Assembly: GCA_002104945.1 (NCBI GenBank)
Contig: MCFH01000037.1
Span: 477,121 to 541,120 of the forward strand
Reading direction: 5' to 3'
From: Piromyces finnis finn
Lineage: Eukaryota > Fungi > Neocallimastigomycota
DNA length: 64,000 bases
The position numbers and the translations under genes are program-made. This document shows positions 16,977-31,508 of the stretch, piece after piece; position 1 is the first letter of the stretch, and the number at the start of each line of letters is the position of its first letter. Under the pieces are notes generated by a model. That model searched no databases and had not been told where the DNA came from. It worked only from the letters and a program-made list of their open reading frames with translations.

Positions 16977-17607
16977 GTGTATTTAGTCAATTAAATAGAG
17001 TTAACATCTATTTACAAAAAAAAAAAAAAATTATAAATAATAGAATAAATCTAAAATATTATAGATATAAATAATAATAAATAGTATTTAAGTAGATAGT
17101 TATAATTAACAACAACTAATCATATAAAAAAACAATAACTAAAAACTAGAAAAAAAAATAATATTAAATAAATAAATAAAATAAAATAAATATATAATAT
17201 AATAAAATATAAAACATTAAAAAAGAAAAATTATAATAAGTATTTATAGAATATCCTTTTTAATTTAGCTTTTTTAAATTTACAATCTGTTAATTTTATT
17301 ATAAGGATTCATTTTTATATGCTTTTTTCTTTGATTTATTATTATTTTTTTTTTTTTTTTAATATCCAATGTAATTTTAATCAATTAAAAAAAAAAAATG
17401 AAATGAAATTAAATATAAGAAATTAAGTGATGAAATAATAATAAATAAATGATGGCTTTGTTATTAATATTTTTTAAAATTTTTTTTATTTTTATTATTT
17501 ATTTATTTGTATAACGAAAAAAATATTTTGCTATTATAATTATATGTATAATTTATTGATTAGCTGATATATAATTTTTATTGTTGTTTTTACTGTTGTT
17601 ATTATTA

Positions 17608-20600
17608 TTAATTCAATTTTCCTTTTTCTTTTAATCTTTTTTCTCTATATGTTTCTTTGGTTTTTCCTACAGTATACGATCTTACTAATTTCTTTCTAAG
17701 TTGGACTGTATTACGAGATTTTATATCTGTTTTTAATATGTAGATATCATCCATAAATGATTTTGGTGTTAAAATACCAGTTGAACCTTTTTTTTTTTTT
17801 TTTAAATATATATATAGTGTAAATTTTAATAATTAAATATTGAAAATACATATTTTATGTATAATAAATTTTTATAAAATATAAAAAATAAAATAAATAC
17901 CAATGATAATATCACGATTATGTTCTTTAACCATATCGTACACTTCACGCATTTCTGCATAAGTCATTCCACCTAATATAAATATTATAATTCTTGCTCC
18001 ATAAGTTCTTAAATCATAAATATTTTTATCATTAGTTCTTCTAGCCCAAGTTGGCTTATAGTTTTGTAAAGACACATCATCATATAAAACTTTGTGTGAT
18101 TTTGGTTTTTTTATTTCATTTAATGTTTCATTAGCTATTGCAAGATTAGTATGTTTAAAAAATTTTTGTTTTGTTTTTTCTTTTATTATATCCTAAATAA
18201 TTTAAATAAATTAGAAAAAAAAAAAATTTTTTTAATAAGATATAATATCTTGACTAAAAAATGTTGTATTTTATCTAATTATTTAAAAATATTACTTACC
18301 CTTATTAAAATTTTTATTGGAGTAATATAACGACTTAAATCTGAAATTTCATATCTTTGATTCTTACTTAATTTTTTCCTTTTTTCAGCAAGATAACTCT
18401 TGAATTCAGTTGATTTTATATTAATGATATCATCAGATATTGTTACATTATTATTTTGTTTTTCAACATCTAATAAATCATAGATTTTTTGTTCGTCAAT
18501 TGCTGCATCAGAACAAAGGTTTGAAATAGTAGATTTCATTATTGATTTACTACATAAAACATACAACATTATTAATTGCATTTTTTCCCTTGAACTATTA
18601 ATATAATATATATATCAAAAAAAAATAAAAGTCAATTAATCAATTAAATATCTATTTGTTTTTATTATTATTACAAAAATATATATACATTAATAAAAAT
18701 ATCTTACTTTAAATTTCTATCTTGAACAAATGTTCTTATTTGAGATAATAGTTTATTATCTACAAAAGATTCATCAGCAAGATCCTATTTAATTATTTAT
18801 AAATTTAATGATAAATAATAATATATACGAAAATAATTTTTTTTAATAATAATTTAATTCATTTTAGTTTTATACATATAATATTTACTTGTTCTATTGT
18901 TGCAACATCTCTATTAATTTCTTTCTGTGCAGTATAATAATCCATACATTCTTCAATTAATTTTTGATGCATAGTTGCTTTATCTTTGATCATTAGCTGT
19001 TTTGGAATTTCATAAGTTTGCATTTTTAACTTATTTAATGAAACTCTATAAAGTAAAAATGAAAAAAAAAAAAAAAAAATCATTATTATTTGCTTTTTAA
19101 TAAAATTAATTCATATTATGCAATGATTTTAATACGCACCCTTCTTCATTATTTTGAGCAAATTTAGTGCATTCATCCACCTTTTCTTTAACATATTCCA
19201 TAGCATCAGAAATATACATATGACGAATATCTCTCTATTGAATATTTTTTAATTTAAAGAATGATTATAAATGGTTATATAACTATAATAATTAAATTTG
19301 AAAAAACATATACGCTAAGTTTATTACCCAAAAATCTTCATTTTCATTTAATTTTTCTTGTTTATTTGTTCCATTACTCATTGTATATCTTTAAATTTTT
19401 TATAGAGTGAGAGAGTTTATAATAAGAATTTAAAAATATTATTTATTATTATTCTTAAATCTCCTTATTTTTTCATCAAATATAAAATTTATTTGCTATT
19501 ACCTATATATAACACCATCTTCAATGTCTGCAATATCATTAGCCATACCTTGATAATAAAAATCATGAAGTAATGGACCAACTAAATCATAAGAACGATC
19601 GACAATAATCATATTTGTTCTTTTATAAGGTGTTTTCTTTGGAAAATCACCATCAATATCAGTCAAGTTATCTAATTTTTCTTGTAATTTATAAGCAAAT
19701 TTTGAGGCAATATTACTAGTATTACCGTCTGGGTCAAAATATCTAATATCTGGATAATCTCCAAGTGTAGCAAGTAATGACACTACCTTTATTTTATTAG
19801 AATTTTTGGTATTTAATATTTAATATTTCTAATTGTATTATTAATTTTTTTTTTTTTTTTTTTTTGTTTTTTTTGTTTTGATTTTTTGTTTTATAATAAT
19901 TTGGATAATTTATATATTAATTGATAATATATTTTTGAATTATATTACTTTATTAGATATATCTTCCAGTGTATTGTTTTGAAGTTTTGAATTATAAAGT
20001 CTTTGGAAACATTCCTCGGAACGAATAGTAAAAACTCTTGATTCAAAAACTAATATTTATCATAGTTTAAGGATTTTATTTTTTAATATATAATTCATTT
20101 AAAATTTATAAGAAATTAGTCAATATTATAATACTTTATTTTTACTTTATAAAATATTTAATTTTTTTTTTTTTTTACCGAAGAAATCAACATATAATTC
20201 TTTTAAAATTTCAACAGAATTAGAAATAATTTTTAATTTTCCAATTAAATCATCTGTGACAGCTTTAATAAGAAAAAAAAATTATTACATAATTAAAATT
20301 ATAATTTAAAAATAACAATTTATTATTAATAAATATAATTTTTTAGAAATTTCATTACTTTTTGTAATGTTTTAATAATTATATAATAAATATAAGAATA
20401 ATTACTATTTGTAAAGAATATATTTGCGGTGGAATACATGTTTTTATTTCTAAAATCATTAACAACGAATTGAATAGATTCATCTGTTGGAGAAATAAAA
20501 TAAATAGCATCATATGTTGGAAAAGAATCCTTACGGTCAATTCTATAAATTACTTTTTAAATATAATTTTATAATTGATATATATTTAGAAATATTAATA

Positions 20601-21014
20601 TTATTAAATTTATATCTTTGCACTCAAATAATTAATATCAATATATATGATAATAATAATAATTATTTCCAATACATATTTATATTTATATTAAAATTCA
20701 CTAAAATTTGAAATTACATTCAACATTCTCATTAGCAAGTTCACTACGGGAAAAAATCGAAAATATAATATCATGTGTATAATAATCAACAATTAAAATT
20801 TTTGAAGAAGAATTAACTTGTCTTATCATATCCTCAATGATATCTTAATTTGTTTTGTATATTCAGAAAAATATTTGCCAAGTTAGAGATTAAAATATGT
20901 TATTCTTAACTTTAATTACATAATATATAATAAAATAAATAATATCTATATTTAAATATTACGATTCTTAAGCAAATCAATGAGAGAATTTGATACACCC
21001 TTTGTTGCTAGCAT
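17608..21014 (-). CDS. SEC1: Sec1/Munc18 (SM) family protein, diverged tandem paralog A (short C-tail)
   Basis: Exons give YDAIYFISPTDESI, FESRVF, SLLATLGDYPDIRY, IIVDRSYDLVGPLLHDFYYQGMANDI, DLSRYITPIK, RIIIFILGGMTYAEMREVY, GSTGILTPKSFMDDI. ATG at 21014, TAA at 17608-17610; no in-frame stop found in the exons I walked. Confidence 0.85.
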
Positions 21015-21768
21015 GTTTTTATTATTAATACTGATAATATATTGTAAATATTGAAAACACAAAAAAAAAAACTTTTATTTAAAGAGCTAAATTGTACACC
21101 AATCTAATATAAATAGAATTATCTTTATTTATTATCTTTTTTTATTTTTTTAATATTTTTATATTCTGATTAAATTAAATTTTCTTTTTTTTTTTTTTTT
21201 ATATCTTTATCAGTTATAATTTTGTTGTTTGCTTTTCTTTTTTAAAAAAAAAAAATAATAATAAAACTATGTAATATCCTTTTTATATATTAAAAAAAAT
21301 AAATTAAATGTGTCACAAAAAAAATTATTAAACACTATTGAAATAGTTAAATTTTATTTATTTCTTTTTTATTTTTTTTTTTTTCAATTTATTTTTTTAA
21401 TTTTTTACTTTTTATTTCTTATTTTTATTTTATTTTAAACTATTTAATAATCATTTTTAAAAAGTAACCTTTAGCAATTTATCATAATTATTAAAAGCTT
21501 TTATTTGTTATTACAAATTTATTATTTCTTTTTACTTAGGTTTTTGTTTAATTTTAGTTTTACAACAATTACTTTACATTCTAATTTATTATATTTTTTG
21601 TTAGTTTTTTTTTTTTTTTTTTTTTTTTAGTCTTAATAGTTATTTGTGAATCATTTAATTAAAATATAACTTTTATTATTTTATTATTATATGCCATTAT
21701 TAAATGTACAGAAATTAAAACACTAATATTATATTAATATTTTTTATTGTTTTCCTTATTTAAGAAAA

Positions 21769-23887
21769 TTAATTCTTTTTGAAAAGACCAAACTTCTTCT
21801 TCTTTTCAGGTTTATCAACTCTCTTCAATTGTTGACTTGGAGGAGCACGTTGCATTTGTTGCATTTGTTGTTGATGTTGTTGTTGTTGTTGTTCCATTAT
21901 ATTATTATTACTATGACTTGTATGGAAAGATCTTTGACGACTACTACTACTAATTGGTTCCATTGGTCTAGATGGTGGTGAATTTGTTCTCATTCTTCTT
22001 TGTTGAGTTGGAGATGGTCTTTGTTGTGGACTTCTTGATCCAGAACCTGATCTCATACTTGAGCTTCCCATTGGATTAGAACTACCACTTCTCATTGGAC
22101 GTGCTGGTGGACTACCTCTCATTCCTGGACTACCATGCATTGATGGACTATTTCTTGGAGACATTCTTGGACTTTGTTGATGGAGAGAGCCAAGACTTGC
22201 ATTTCTTGCTTTACGATCCAAATAACCAGAACCATAGCTATTTAATGAGCTACTGGTACTACTTGGTGCAGTTAATAAATTATTACCTGTCTTTAAAGAT
22301 TGAATAGAGTCCATATAACTAACTGGAGTAATAATATGAGTAGATCCTATTATAATATCACGATTATATTCATTACATAATTCATATACGGATCTCATTT
22401 CACTATAATCTAAACCACCAACAACGAATATAATAGTTCTTGGGCCATATTTTCTTAAATCTTCCTTTTCGGAAAGGGCTGGAGATGAAACATCTTTTTG
22501 CTTATCACGATCAGCAGATTTTTTTGCCCAGCTTGGCTTTGTACTTCTTAAACTTGTTCCTTTAACAGTCGCTTGTTCGCCTTCAACCTTTTTATGAGTT
22601 GCTGGTTCCCTAGTAGCCGGGAAAACACGTTTATTCAATACATTATGAAGATTATCCTAAAAATAAATAAAATATATATATGTAAAAAATTTATATCAAT
22701 TAAATTATATATAATTAATTATTTATTTAATAATATATAATATATAATACCTCTATAACATATTTCAATGTGGAAACATATCTACTTAATTCGTAAGAAT
22801 CTTCATCATCATTCTTATTTTGCTTTTTTTTAGCTTTTTCTTTTTCCCACATACTATCATAGCCACGTTTTGGTTTTAAGTCCTTTAATTGACTGCTTTT
22901 TAAATTGGCACCTAAGTATTTAAAGTTACTAATAATATCTAATTCTGGATTCCTAATATGAGCATGTTCTACAAGTTTTCTTAAATCATCTTGTGGTACA
23001 CCATCATGGCATAAAATATATAAAATTAATAAACGTAATTTATCATAATTGCTATTCCATAATAATTATATATAATTATATATATATAAAATGAAAAGGG
23101 AGAAAAATAAGTTTAGAAATATAATTTAAAAAATTTTTAAAATAAAAAAAAAAAAAAAATTGCTATTTAAATATTATCGATCTAATTAAATAATTACTCA
23201 ACATCTGGGTTATCTAATAATGGAACCATATTCATTATAATATTCTTTGGGATAGAGCCTTCGGAAGTTAAACCAGTAATTAAGTTCTATCATAATTAAT
23301 TTATGGATATATATATATAATTATTAAATATCCTCTGTTAAATAATAATAATAATAATTTATTCATTGTTTTTATATAATACTATACCTGTTCAATTTCA
23401 GCAATAGAAGAAATATTATTTTTAGAGAAAATATTATTACATTTCTGACATAAATCAATATGTACAGCAAATTTATCCTTTAATTCATGATATTGTGGTA
23501 ATGCTTGAATTGTATCCTTTAATTCTTTTAAACTTGCACCACTGATTATTTAAATAGATATTTATAATTATTTAAATATTTTTTTACGTTAAAATAATTT
23601 AATAATTTTTATTAAAATTACAAATTATTACCCTTGTCTTCCTCTTGATACACTTGAAGCAGCTTTATTTTCACTAACAAATCGATTAAATTGTTTTGAG
23701 ACTTCTTCACTTACTTCAGCAATATGTGTATGACGATATTTTTTCTTTTTTAATTTAAAGGATAAAACTTATGAGTAACTCTATTATTATATATCATTAA
23801 TAATATTAATAAACACTAATTAATTTACCCATAGATCATCCTTTTCATCTAAAAGAACTACTTTTTCACCAGAAGCACCATTTTGAC

Positions 23888-23932
<45 letters not shown>

Positions 23933-25432
23933 GTTTATTATTATTATTATGTTTATTATTATTATTATTATGTTTATTATTATTATTATTATGTTTATTA
24001 TTATTATTATTATTATGTTTATTATTGTTATTATTATGTTTATTATTGTTATATTTATTACTATTATGTTTATTATGTTTATTATTATATAATGATTTAT
24101 CACTTACGTATATTTGGATCCATTTTCTAATCCAATTAAATCGTTAACCATTGCTTGGTATGTAAATTCATGAACTAATGGACCTGTAATATCAATTGTA
24201 CGGTCAACAATAATCAATGTGGTACGTTCATAATTTGTTTTTTTAGTAATGCTATCATTTAAACCTATATTTTCGCATTCATTTTCTAATTGAAATGCGA
24301 CTCTTGCAGCCATTGTTCTTCTATCGCCATTTGGATCATAATATCTGATAATTGGATATTCTTCAAGAGTTGATAAAAGAGATACCAACTAAATATTTCA
24401 TTATTTATATAAATTATTTAATTATAGATATAATTGATTTCTCTGAATTAAATTATTAATAATGATTTTTTTTTATTATTATAATCCTTGCCAACCTTTT
24501 TTGCAACATTTTCAACTTCATGAGTAACTTCTGTGGTTGAAGTTATTAATGGACTATAAAAAGTATGGAAAGATTGAGGGATATCAAAATTAAATACTCT
24601 TGATTCAAATGCTGAATGAATATACAAAGTTAGTGTTAAATAAGAAACTTAGTTTAAAATGGGATAAATTTCATGAATAATACATAATAATATGTACCCA
24701 AAAAATCAACATTAAGTTCTTTTAGATTCTTAATATGCTTTTGTACATTATTTCTCTTTAATCTTTGGAATAATTTATCAGATATTGCTTTAAAGTTACG
24801 TTTAAATATTTAAAATTTTTGATTAATGTATAAATTATACATAAGTATGTTTGTATATCAATTAACAGTAAAATAAATATTTAACATATTGTTAAAAAGG
24901 TATAAAGATATATTTAATCGATGATATTTACATGAGGTGAGAAATACATTAGCTGCAGCGTAAAGAGGTCTTTGTTGAAAATCAGCAATTAATCTATCAA
25001 TTGAATCTGCTGTTGGAGAAATAAAATAAATAGCTTCAAGATTGGTATAAGGTTGTCTTTTTCTTTCAATGCTTTCTACCACTTTATTTTTAAATTAAAA
25101 ATGTTTAATTACTTTACTTAATTCAATTAAATAAATCATATTGTTTCATTTATATTACTAACAAGTAACGTTTTCATCCAAAATATCATAAATTTCACAA
25201 ACAGAATTTAATATTTGTAAAGATTTTGAATCCACAACAACTAATTTCCATTGATTTGGAACAACGGATTTTATCATATCATGTAAAAGACCTTTTATTA
25301 TTGTTATTTTCAAAAAAATAAATATAGTAATAAACCAAAATTTTAAATATTAATATATAATATTTGACATTGTTTTCTTTTTTTTTTTTAAATATATATA
25401 TTACGTTTTCTTAAAAGTTCTTTTATCGACAT
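21769..25432 (-). CDS. SEC1: Sec1/Munc18 (SM) family protein, paralog B (conserved, long S/P/R/Q-rich C-tail)
   Basis: ATG at 25432 (MSIKELLRK). Motifs WKLVVVDSKS, ESIERKRQPYTNLEAIYFISPT, IIVDRTIDITGPLVHEFTYQAMVNDL, ELSRYVSTLK, RTIIFVVGGLDYSEMRSVYEL, IIIGSTHIITP. Confidence 0.93.
23888..24090. repeat. Interrupted (ATT)n microsatellite / 18-21 bp minisatellite filling a Sec1-B intron
   Basis: Recurrent ATTATTATTATTATGTTT units. The poly-Ile ORFs 23858-24103 and 23883-24092 are artefacts of this repeat. Confidence 0.9.
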
Positions 25433-28400
25433 TTTTGTATTCAATATCTAATGTATGGATTACAAAATAATAATGAGATAATATGATATTATATTATATT
25501 TATCATACAAATATTAAAAAAATAAAAAATAAAAATAAAAAAAAAATACAAAAAAGAAAAAAATTAGTAAATTAATATATTTTTTAACTACATGAAATTA
25601 TCTATTCATTATTATTACAACACCATATATTTCTTTTATTATTGTTATAATTTATTTTAATTTCGCTTATTTCTTTATAACTCATTCTTTTAACTAAATG
25701 AAGGAAATTTATTTTGATAAAAATAATTTTATCACCGCAATATATTGTAATAAATATGTTAATATTATATAAATTAACATTTTATATTATTTATTTTTAA
25801 AGACACTTTATACTTTATCAGTATATTTTTTTATTAATACTGTTTTTTATTTGTTATCTACTTTGTTTTTATTCTTTTATTAATGCATTACTGATTTCTC
25901 AATTATTACTTCTGTTGTATATATAATTAATAAAACATTATACGTATAATAAAAAATAAATATTTGTTATGTAAATTAAACTTTATATTTTCTCTCTTGA
26001 ATATTAATTTAGCTAATATTTAAAATAATAATGTTGTTAAATAAATTTCATAATTCTCGAGTAAATATAATTTTATCTTCATTTTACTATCCAAAAATAT
26101 ATAAATGGACAATAAATCCATTTCTATTTTATTATTTTCATTTGCAAAATATATAATTAAAATTAAAATAATTTAAATTACATTAGTTCTATAGGATATT
26201 AATTACTATTAAACTCTATGTTATGTTTGTTTTGTTTTATATTTATAATAATTATAATAATCCCATAAGAGTAATAATGTATAAAAGAAAAAAAAATAAT
26301 ATTTTAAAATAATTTATTATTTAATAATTAATACAATTTATTTTTATAAAATATTAATATTTAAGTTTAAATTTTATTTAATATAACTTCAAGTATATTG
26401 TAATTTTAAAATTAATTACATAAATTTATACATTTTTCATATTTTGTGGCTTTATAAATATAATATATGTAATCATCACATGTGTATATTTTGGTGATTT
26501 GAACAGCTGTATTTTAACAAGCAATTATTAATATTGAGTGAGTACTTTTATAAACAATTTATAATTATATTTTTTTTAAATTAGAGTGAAATAGCATAAA
26601 AATATGATGTATACATATAATAATAAAAAATAATATATATAAATTTATTTAAACTATACTAACACTAATTTTATAATCTAATCCACATAAAATAGAATAA
26701 CTAGAAAAAAAAAAAAAACATTCTTATGTATAATAATGATATTTATAATATTTTTAAACATATCTATGTTGATTAGGACATTAACCATGTTATTGATGTT
26801 ACTGATGCATATATACAAGCGTTAAAGTACACTGAAAGTAAATTTTTATATAATTTAAAATTTTTGATGGTATATTTTAACTCTTTTATTCAGATGAATG
26901 TTAATTTGGATAACAACTAATTATAAGTTATAATTAGAATAATTAGATGTATTATTAAACAAAAAGAAAAGAACTATTACTGATTTTAATAAGAAAGACT
27001 TTTTGAAAAAAACCAAAAATTAAATAAATTAACTAGAAAAACCAACAAAAACTGAAAAATCTAAATATAATGATATAAAAAAATATAATTTCTGTAAAAT
27101 AATTATACCAAATTTTTTTTTTAGAAATTCAGTAAAATACTCTTCTCTAAAATGCAAAAATAATATTGAGAGGTAATTATATTTGATATTCCTAATTATT
27201 CAAGTAAGGAATTTAATAATTCATGTAAAAACTAAATATTGCAAAAATATAAAATAGAAAAAAAAAAACCCTCAATATATACAATATCATAATTACTTAG
27301 TATATAGTATATATAATTATTATTATTATCAATTTCACATGTTTGTTTTTTGTTTATTTCTATTTATTCTATATTTTATTTAATTAATATTTAATATATT
27401 TATATTATTAATATTTAAATCAATATAGTTTTATACATTGGAGAGTGGAACTTTGTTAAAAAATTAAAAGAAACTTAAAAAAAAAAAGTTAAGATTTTAA
27501 TAATGATAAATAGTATAATATTTTTTGATGAATGAAAAATAATAATAGGCATTATAAATGTCTTTTACTTTTTTAAAAGTTATACTAGTAATTTTTGATA
27601 ACTGTTATATGATTATATGTGTATATTAATTATAATTTCTAATTTTTTTTTTTTGATATTAAATTGAATTAATATATTATTATCAATAAAAAATAATTTA
27701 ATTATATTACGATTAATTAAAAAATTTTTATTATTGATTTATTTTCATTTCAATTTGACCAATAACAATACATATATGTATTATATATATTTTATTATTT
27801 TATAAAAATTGAAAAGATGCCTTTTTCGTTTTTTTTTAATTATTTGTTAAAGGTTAAAAAAAAGTAATATATAAATTTATTCATTTATAATAAAATAATA
27901 AAATAATGATATTTCTAAAAAGAGTGTAGTGAATCATCTTTTGCATGTGAAAAATATTTATTTATTTTTTTTTAATATAACAAAGTGTAAAAGCATCATT
28001 TACATCATACATCAACATACATCAATAAAACTTTAAACAGTATAATAATTGAATATATGCTTTAATTAAAATTTAAAATTTTTAATAATAATTATTTTAA
28101 CTTATTGTTAATAAGTTTTTTTTATTTATATAAAGCCAAAAATGAAGATAAAAGATTAAATGAATTTTTTTTTGTTTTTGTTTTTCAATAAGTGCTCCAA
28201 CTAATAGTTTTTCTCGAGGGAATTTGAACAAAATCCAAAGATAAATAAATAAAACATTCATGCATGATAGATAAAGATGATAAAAATACATGTTTCATTA
28301 GTTTATAATAAAGAAAGCAATATAAAGGAAATTAATTAACAAAGATTAAAATATTAGTTTTAATAAATAGAATCATCCATAATTTAACAATGTTGATGCT

Positions 28401-28636
28401 TTAATACAATTATTTTGTTGGTCGCATTTTATTTATAAAACATTTTTATAGATGAAATGAAATTCAATTCTAAACAAATTTTATTATAATTATAATTAAT
28501 TATTAATATAATTCAAAATATTACTATATTTTAAAAAATTTTAGATTATAATAGGAGAAATAATATCCATAATAATTAATATAAAACATTTATAAGCCGT
28601 AAGATATAATCCATTTAGAAATATTATTTGCCAAAA

Positions 28637-31508
28637 ATGGTCAAGGTATAATTGAATCAATAATTTTTCAATTAAAATAAATAATTATTAAAGTTTTTTT
28701 TATGCATATAATAGGATATATCAGAAATAAATAATGATTTAGAGCCGGAAATTGATTCATTTCAAGATAAATTTAGAAATTTTCTTTATGATTCTATTAT
28801 CTTTTTCTTTAATATTGTAATTAATAGTAAGTTTTTTTATTACTTTTATTTTATTAATTCAATGAATTAAAATAAAATCATTTTATAATTAATAAATATA
28901 AATAATTTTTTTCATCTTAAAATTTATAAAACTCAAAAATGATAGTTTTCTTTAGAGATGTTCAATCAAGAGGAGAACATTATATACCAAAAACAGGTCC
29001 TGCTATTTTTGTAGCTGGTAATATTTCATTATACAATAACTATATATATATATAAAGAAAAGTGTGAATAAATAACTGATTTTTTTTATAACAAATATCT
29101 TTTAATTTTCAAATTTCAAAATATTTTAGCCCCACATGCTAATCAAGTATAAATCTCTCTAATAATATAACCTTCATTATATAATTATAAGAAAAAGATA
29201 TGAAATTAAAATATTAACAAAAAACTTCATTATTTAAATTAAATGATTATATATAGTTTGTTGATCCAATTCTTTTAATCACTAAAACAAACAGAAGAAT
29301 TGGATTTTTAATTGCTCAATCATCAATGGAAAGAAAATGGATTGGTAGATTTGCTAGAGCTTTGAGAACAAGTAATATACTTTATAAATATTTATTAATA
29401 TATAGTTTCATAGTTATTAATGATATAAATAATATTATTTTAAAATATGTTTTATTTAATTATTATGTTAATTTCAACTACATATTATTTTACTCAAAAT
29501 CAAAAAATGCTTTCAAAAATGACTATATTAATATTTTATTATACAATACAATAAAATTTACAAAACATGTATGTTAAAATCTGGGAATATATTAATATAT
29601 TATAACTATGTTATTTTTTGAAAACACTTTATTTACAATATAGTTCCTGTAATTCGTGCTCAAGATTTAGCTAAAACTGGTGAAGGAACAATTTATTTAC
29701 CAAGCCCATTAACTGATCCATTACTTGTTCGTGGTTATAATACTAAATTCTTGTCAACTTTAAAGCCAAAATATAAGTTATCATTACCAAACAAATGCTT
29801 GGCTGAAGTAGAAACTGTTGTTTCTGATACCGAACTTATTTTAAAGTATCCATTTGAAAATGGTGTTGAACTTTTAACTAAGGAAAATGGTAGTTCTTTC
29901 AGATATGCTCCATTTGTTGATCAACATGTTGTTTACAGCAAGGTATTCCATCGTCTTAATAGTAATAGATGTATTGGTATTTTCCCAGAAGGTGGTAGTC
30001 ATGATCGTTCTTCATTCTTACCTCTTAAAGCTGGTGTTACTATTATGGCATTGGGTGCAATGGCTGAATATCCAGGTTTAAATGTTAAAGTCATACCAGT
30101 CGGTTTAAATTACTTCCATCCAAATAAGTTTAGATCTAGAGCTGTTGTAGAATTTGGTAAACCAATTGATATTCCAAAGGAATTAATTGAACAATACAAG
30201 TTAGGTGGCCAAGAAAAGCGTGAAGCTTGTTCTACTCTTTTAGAATCTATTTACAATAGTTTACTTACAGTTACAGTTACTGCTCCAGATTATGAAACAT
30301 TAATGGTTGTTCAAGCAGCTAGAAGACTCTATAATCCACTTCACAAGAAACTTAATTATGATAATACACTTGAACTTACAAGAAGATTAACTGCTGGATA
30401 CATTGCTTTTAAAGATGTTGATGAAATCAAAGAACTTACTCAAAAAGTTACCGAGTATAATGAAAAATTAAATTATTTCGGTTTAAGAGATCATCAAGTT
30501 CATACAACTTCATTAGGAAGATATGATGCATTTATTTTACTTTGTATTAGATTCTTCTACTTCTTATTAATGTTCGTCATATCTTTCCCAGGTTTTATCA
30601 TAAATGTTCCAATTCTTTATATTAACTCTGTATACAGCAAGAAAAAGGCTAGAGAAGCTAAAGCAAAATCAACTGTTAAAATTAATGCAATTGATGTTAT
30701 TGCCACATGGAAAATTTTAGTTACTTTAGGTATATGCCCATTATTCTATATTATCTATTCCCTTATTGTAGTATATATATATATCAAATCAACTCCAACC
30801 CATACTACACTTCTTAAAGATATAAATGTTTTCTTTAAGGCATTTACATTTATTCCACTTATTTCATATCTTTCTATTCGTTTTGGTGAAACTGGTGTTG
30901 ATTTATACAAGTCATTACAACCTTTATTCTTAGCTTGTCTTCCAGATGGAAGAAGAGAAACTGAAAAACTTAGAATGGAACGTTTAAGTCTTCAACGTAA
31001 AATTAATCAATTAATTGATGAATATGGTCCAAAATTAATTGAAAACTTTGATTCTATAAGATTAGTTAGTAAGTCTGAAGCAGATGAAAGTGCTAAATTT
31101 GGTGAAAAATTAGATTTAGGTGAAGCAACTTTAAGTACTAGAAAACGTATTTTTGATAATATTAATCATAGAATTTGGTACAGAGGTGGTAATGCCAGTG
31201 CAACAGAAGCCGAAGAAGATCTTGCTGAAGATGAATCTGAAGAAGGTGCATCATCATCTGATGACGATAATGAAAATAACGGTAAACTCTTAAAGGGATA
31301 TCGTAATAAATTACGTAGAAGATTCAGAGAAACAAAATATAATAGATTAGATTCCAATAATACTGATGTTGAAGAATACACAAATAAATTTTCCAAATCA
31401 AAGAGAGAAAATATATTAAAGAAGATTCAAAGTGAAGAAAATTATAATGATTCCGATGGCGGTTTATCTTCCTATGCTACCTCCTTTAGAACTAAAAAGT
31501 ATAATTAA
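28637..31508 (+). CDS. SCT1: Glycerol-3-phosphate/DHAP sn-1 acyltransferase, Sct1/Gpt2 type; short 5' exons plus a long terminal exon (29644-31508)
   Basis: Spliced N-terminus FFRDVQSRGEHYIPKTGPAIFVAAPHANQFVDP (HxxxxD catalytic motif); IPVIRAQD; GIFPEGGSHDR; IPVGLNYFH..FRSRAVVEFG. The start ATG at 28637 (MVK micro-exon) is inferred. Confidence 0.9.

Noticed and set aside
17251-17259. ATATCCTTT, a U12 donor-like motif downstream of TM9SF3
   Set aside because: Outside any coding frame and with no matching branch site or AC. A couple of such 9-mers are expected by chance in DNA this AT-rich.
21274-21282. ATATCCTTT on + between the two Sec1 genes
   Set aside because: Wrong strand for the flanking genes and intergenic; no U12 branch or AC partner.
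23765-23778. AAACTTATGAGTAA, identical to part of the U12 snRNA 5' region as I recall it
   Set aside because: Only 14 nt, lacks the following GGAAAA branch-pairing sequence and the downstream stems and Sm site, and is antisense within a short intron. Best explained as chance.
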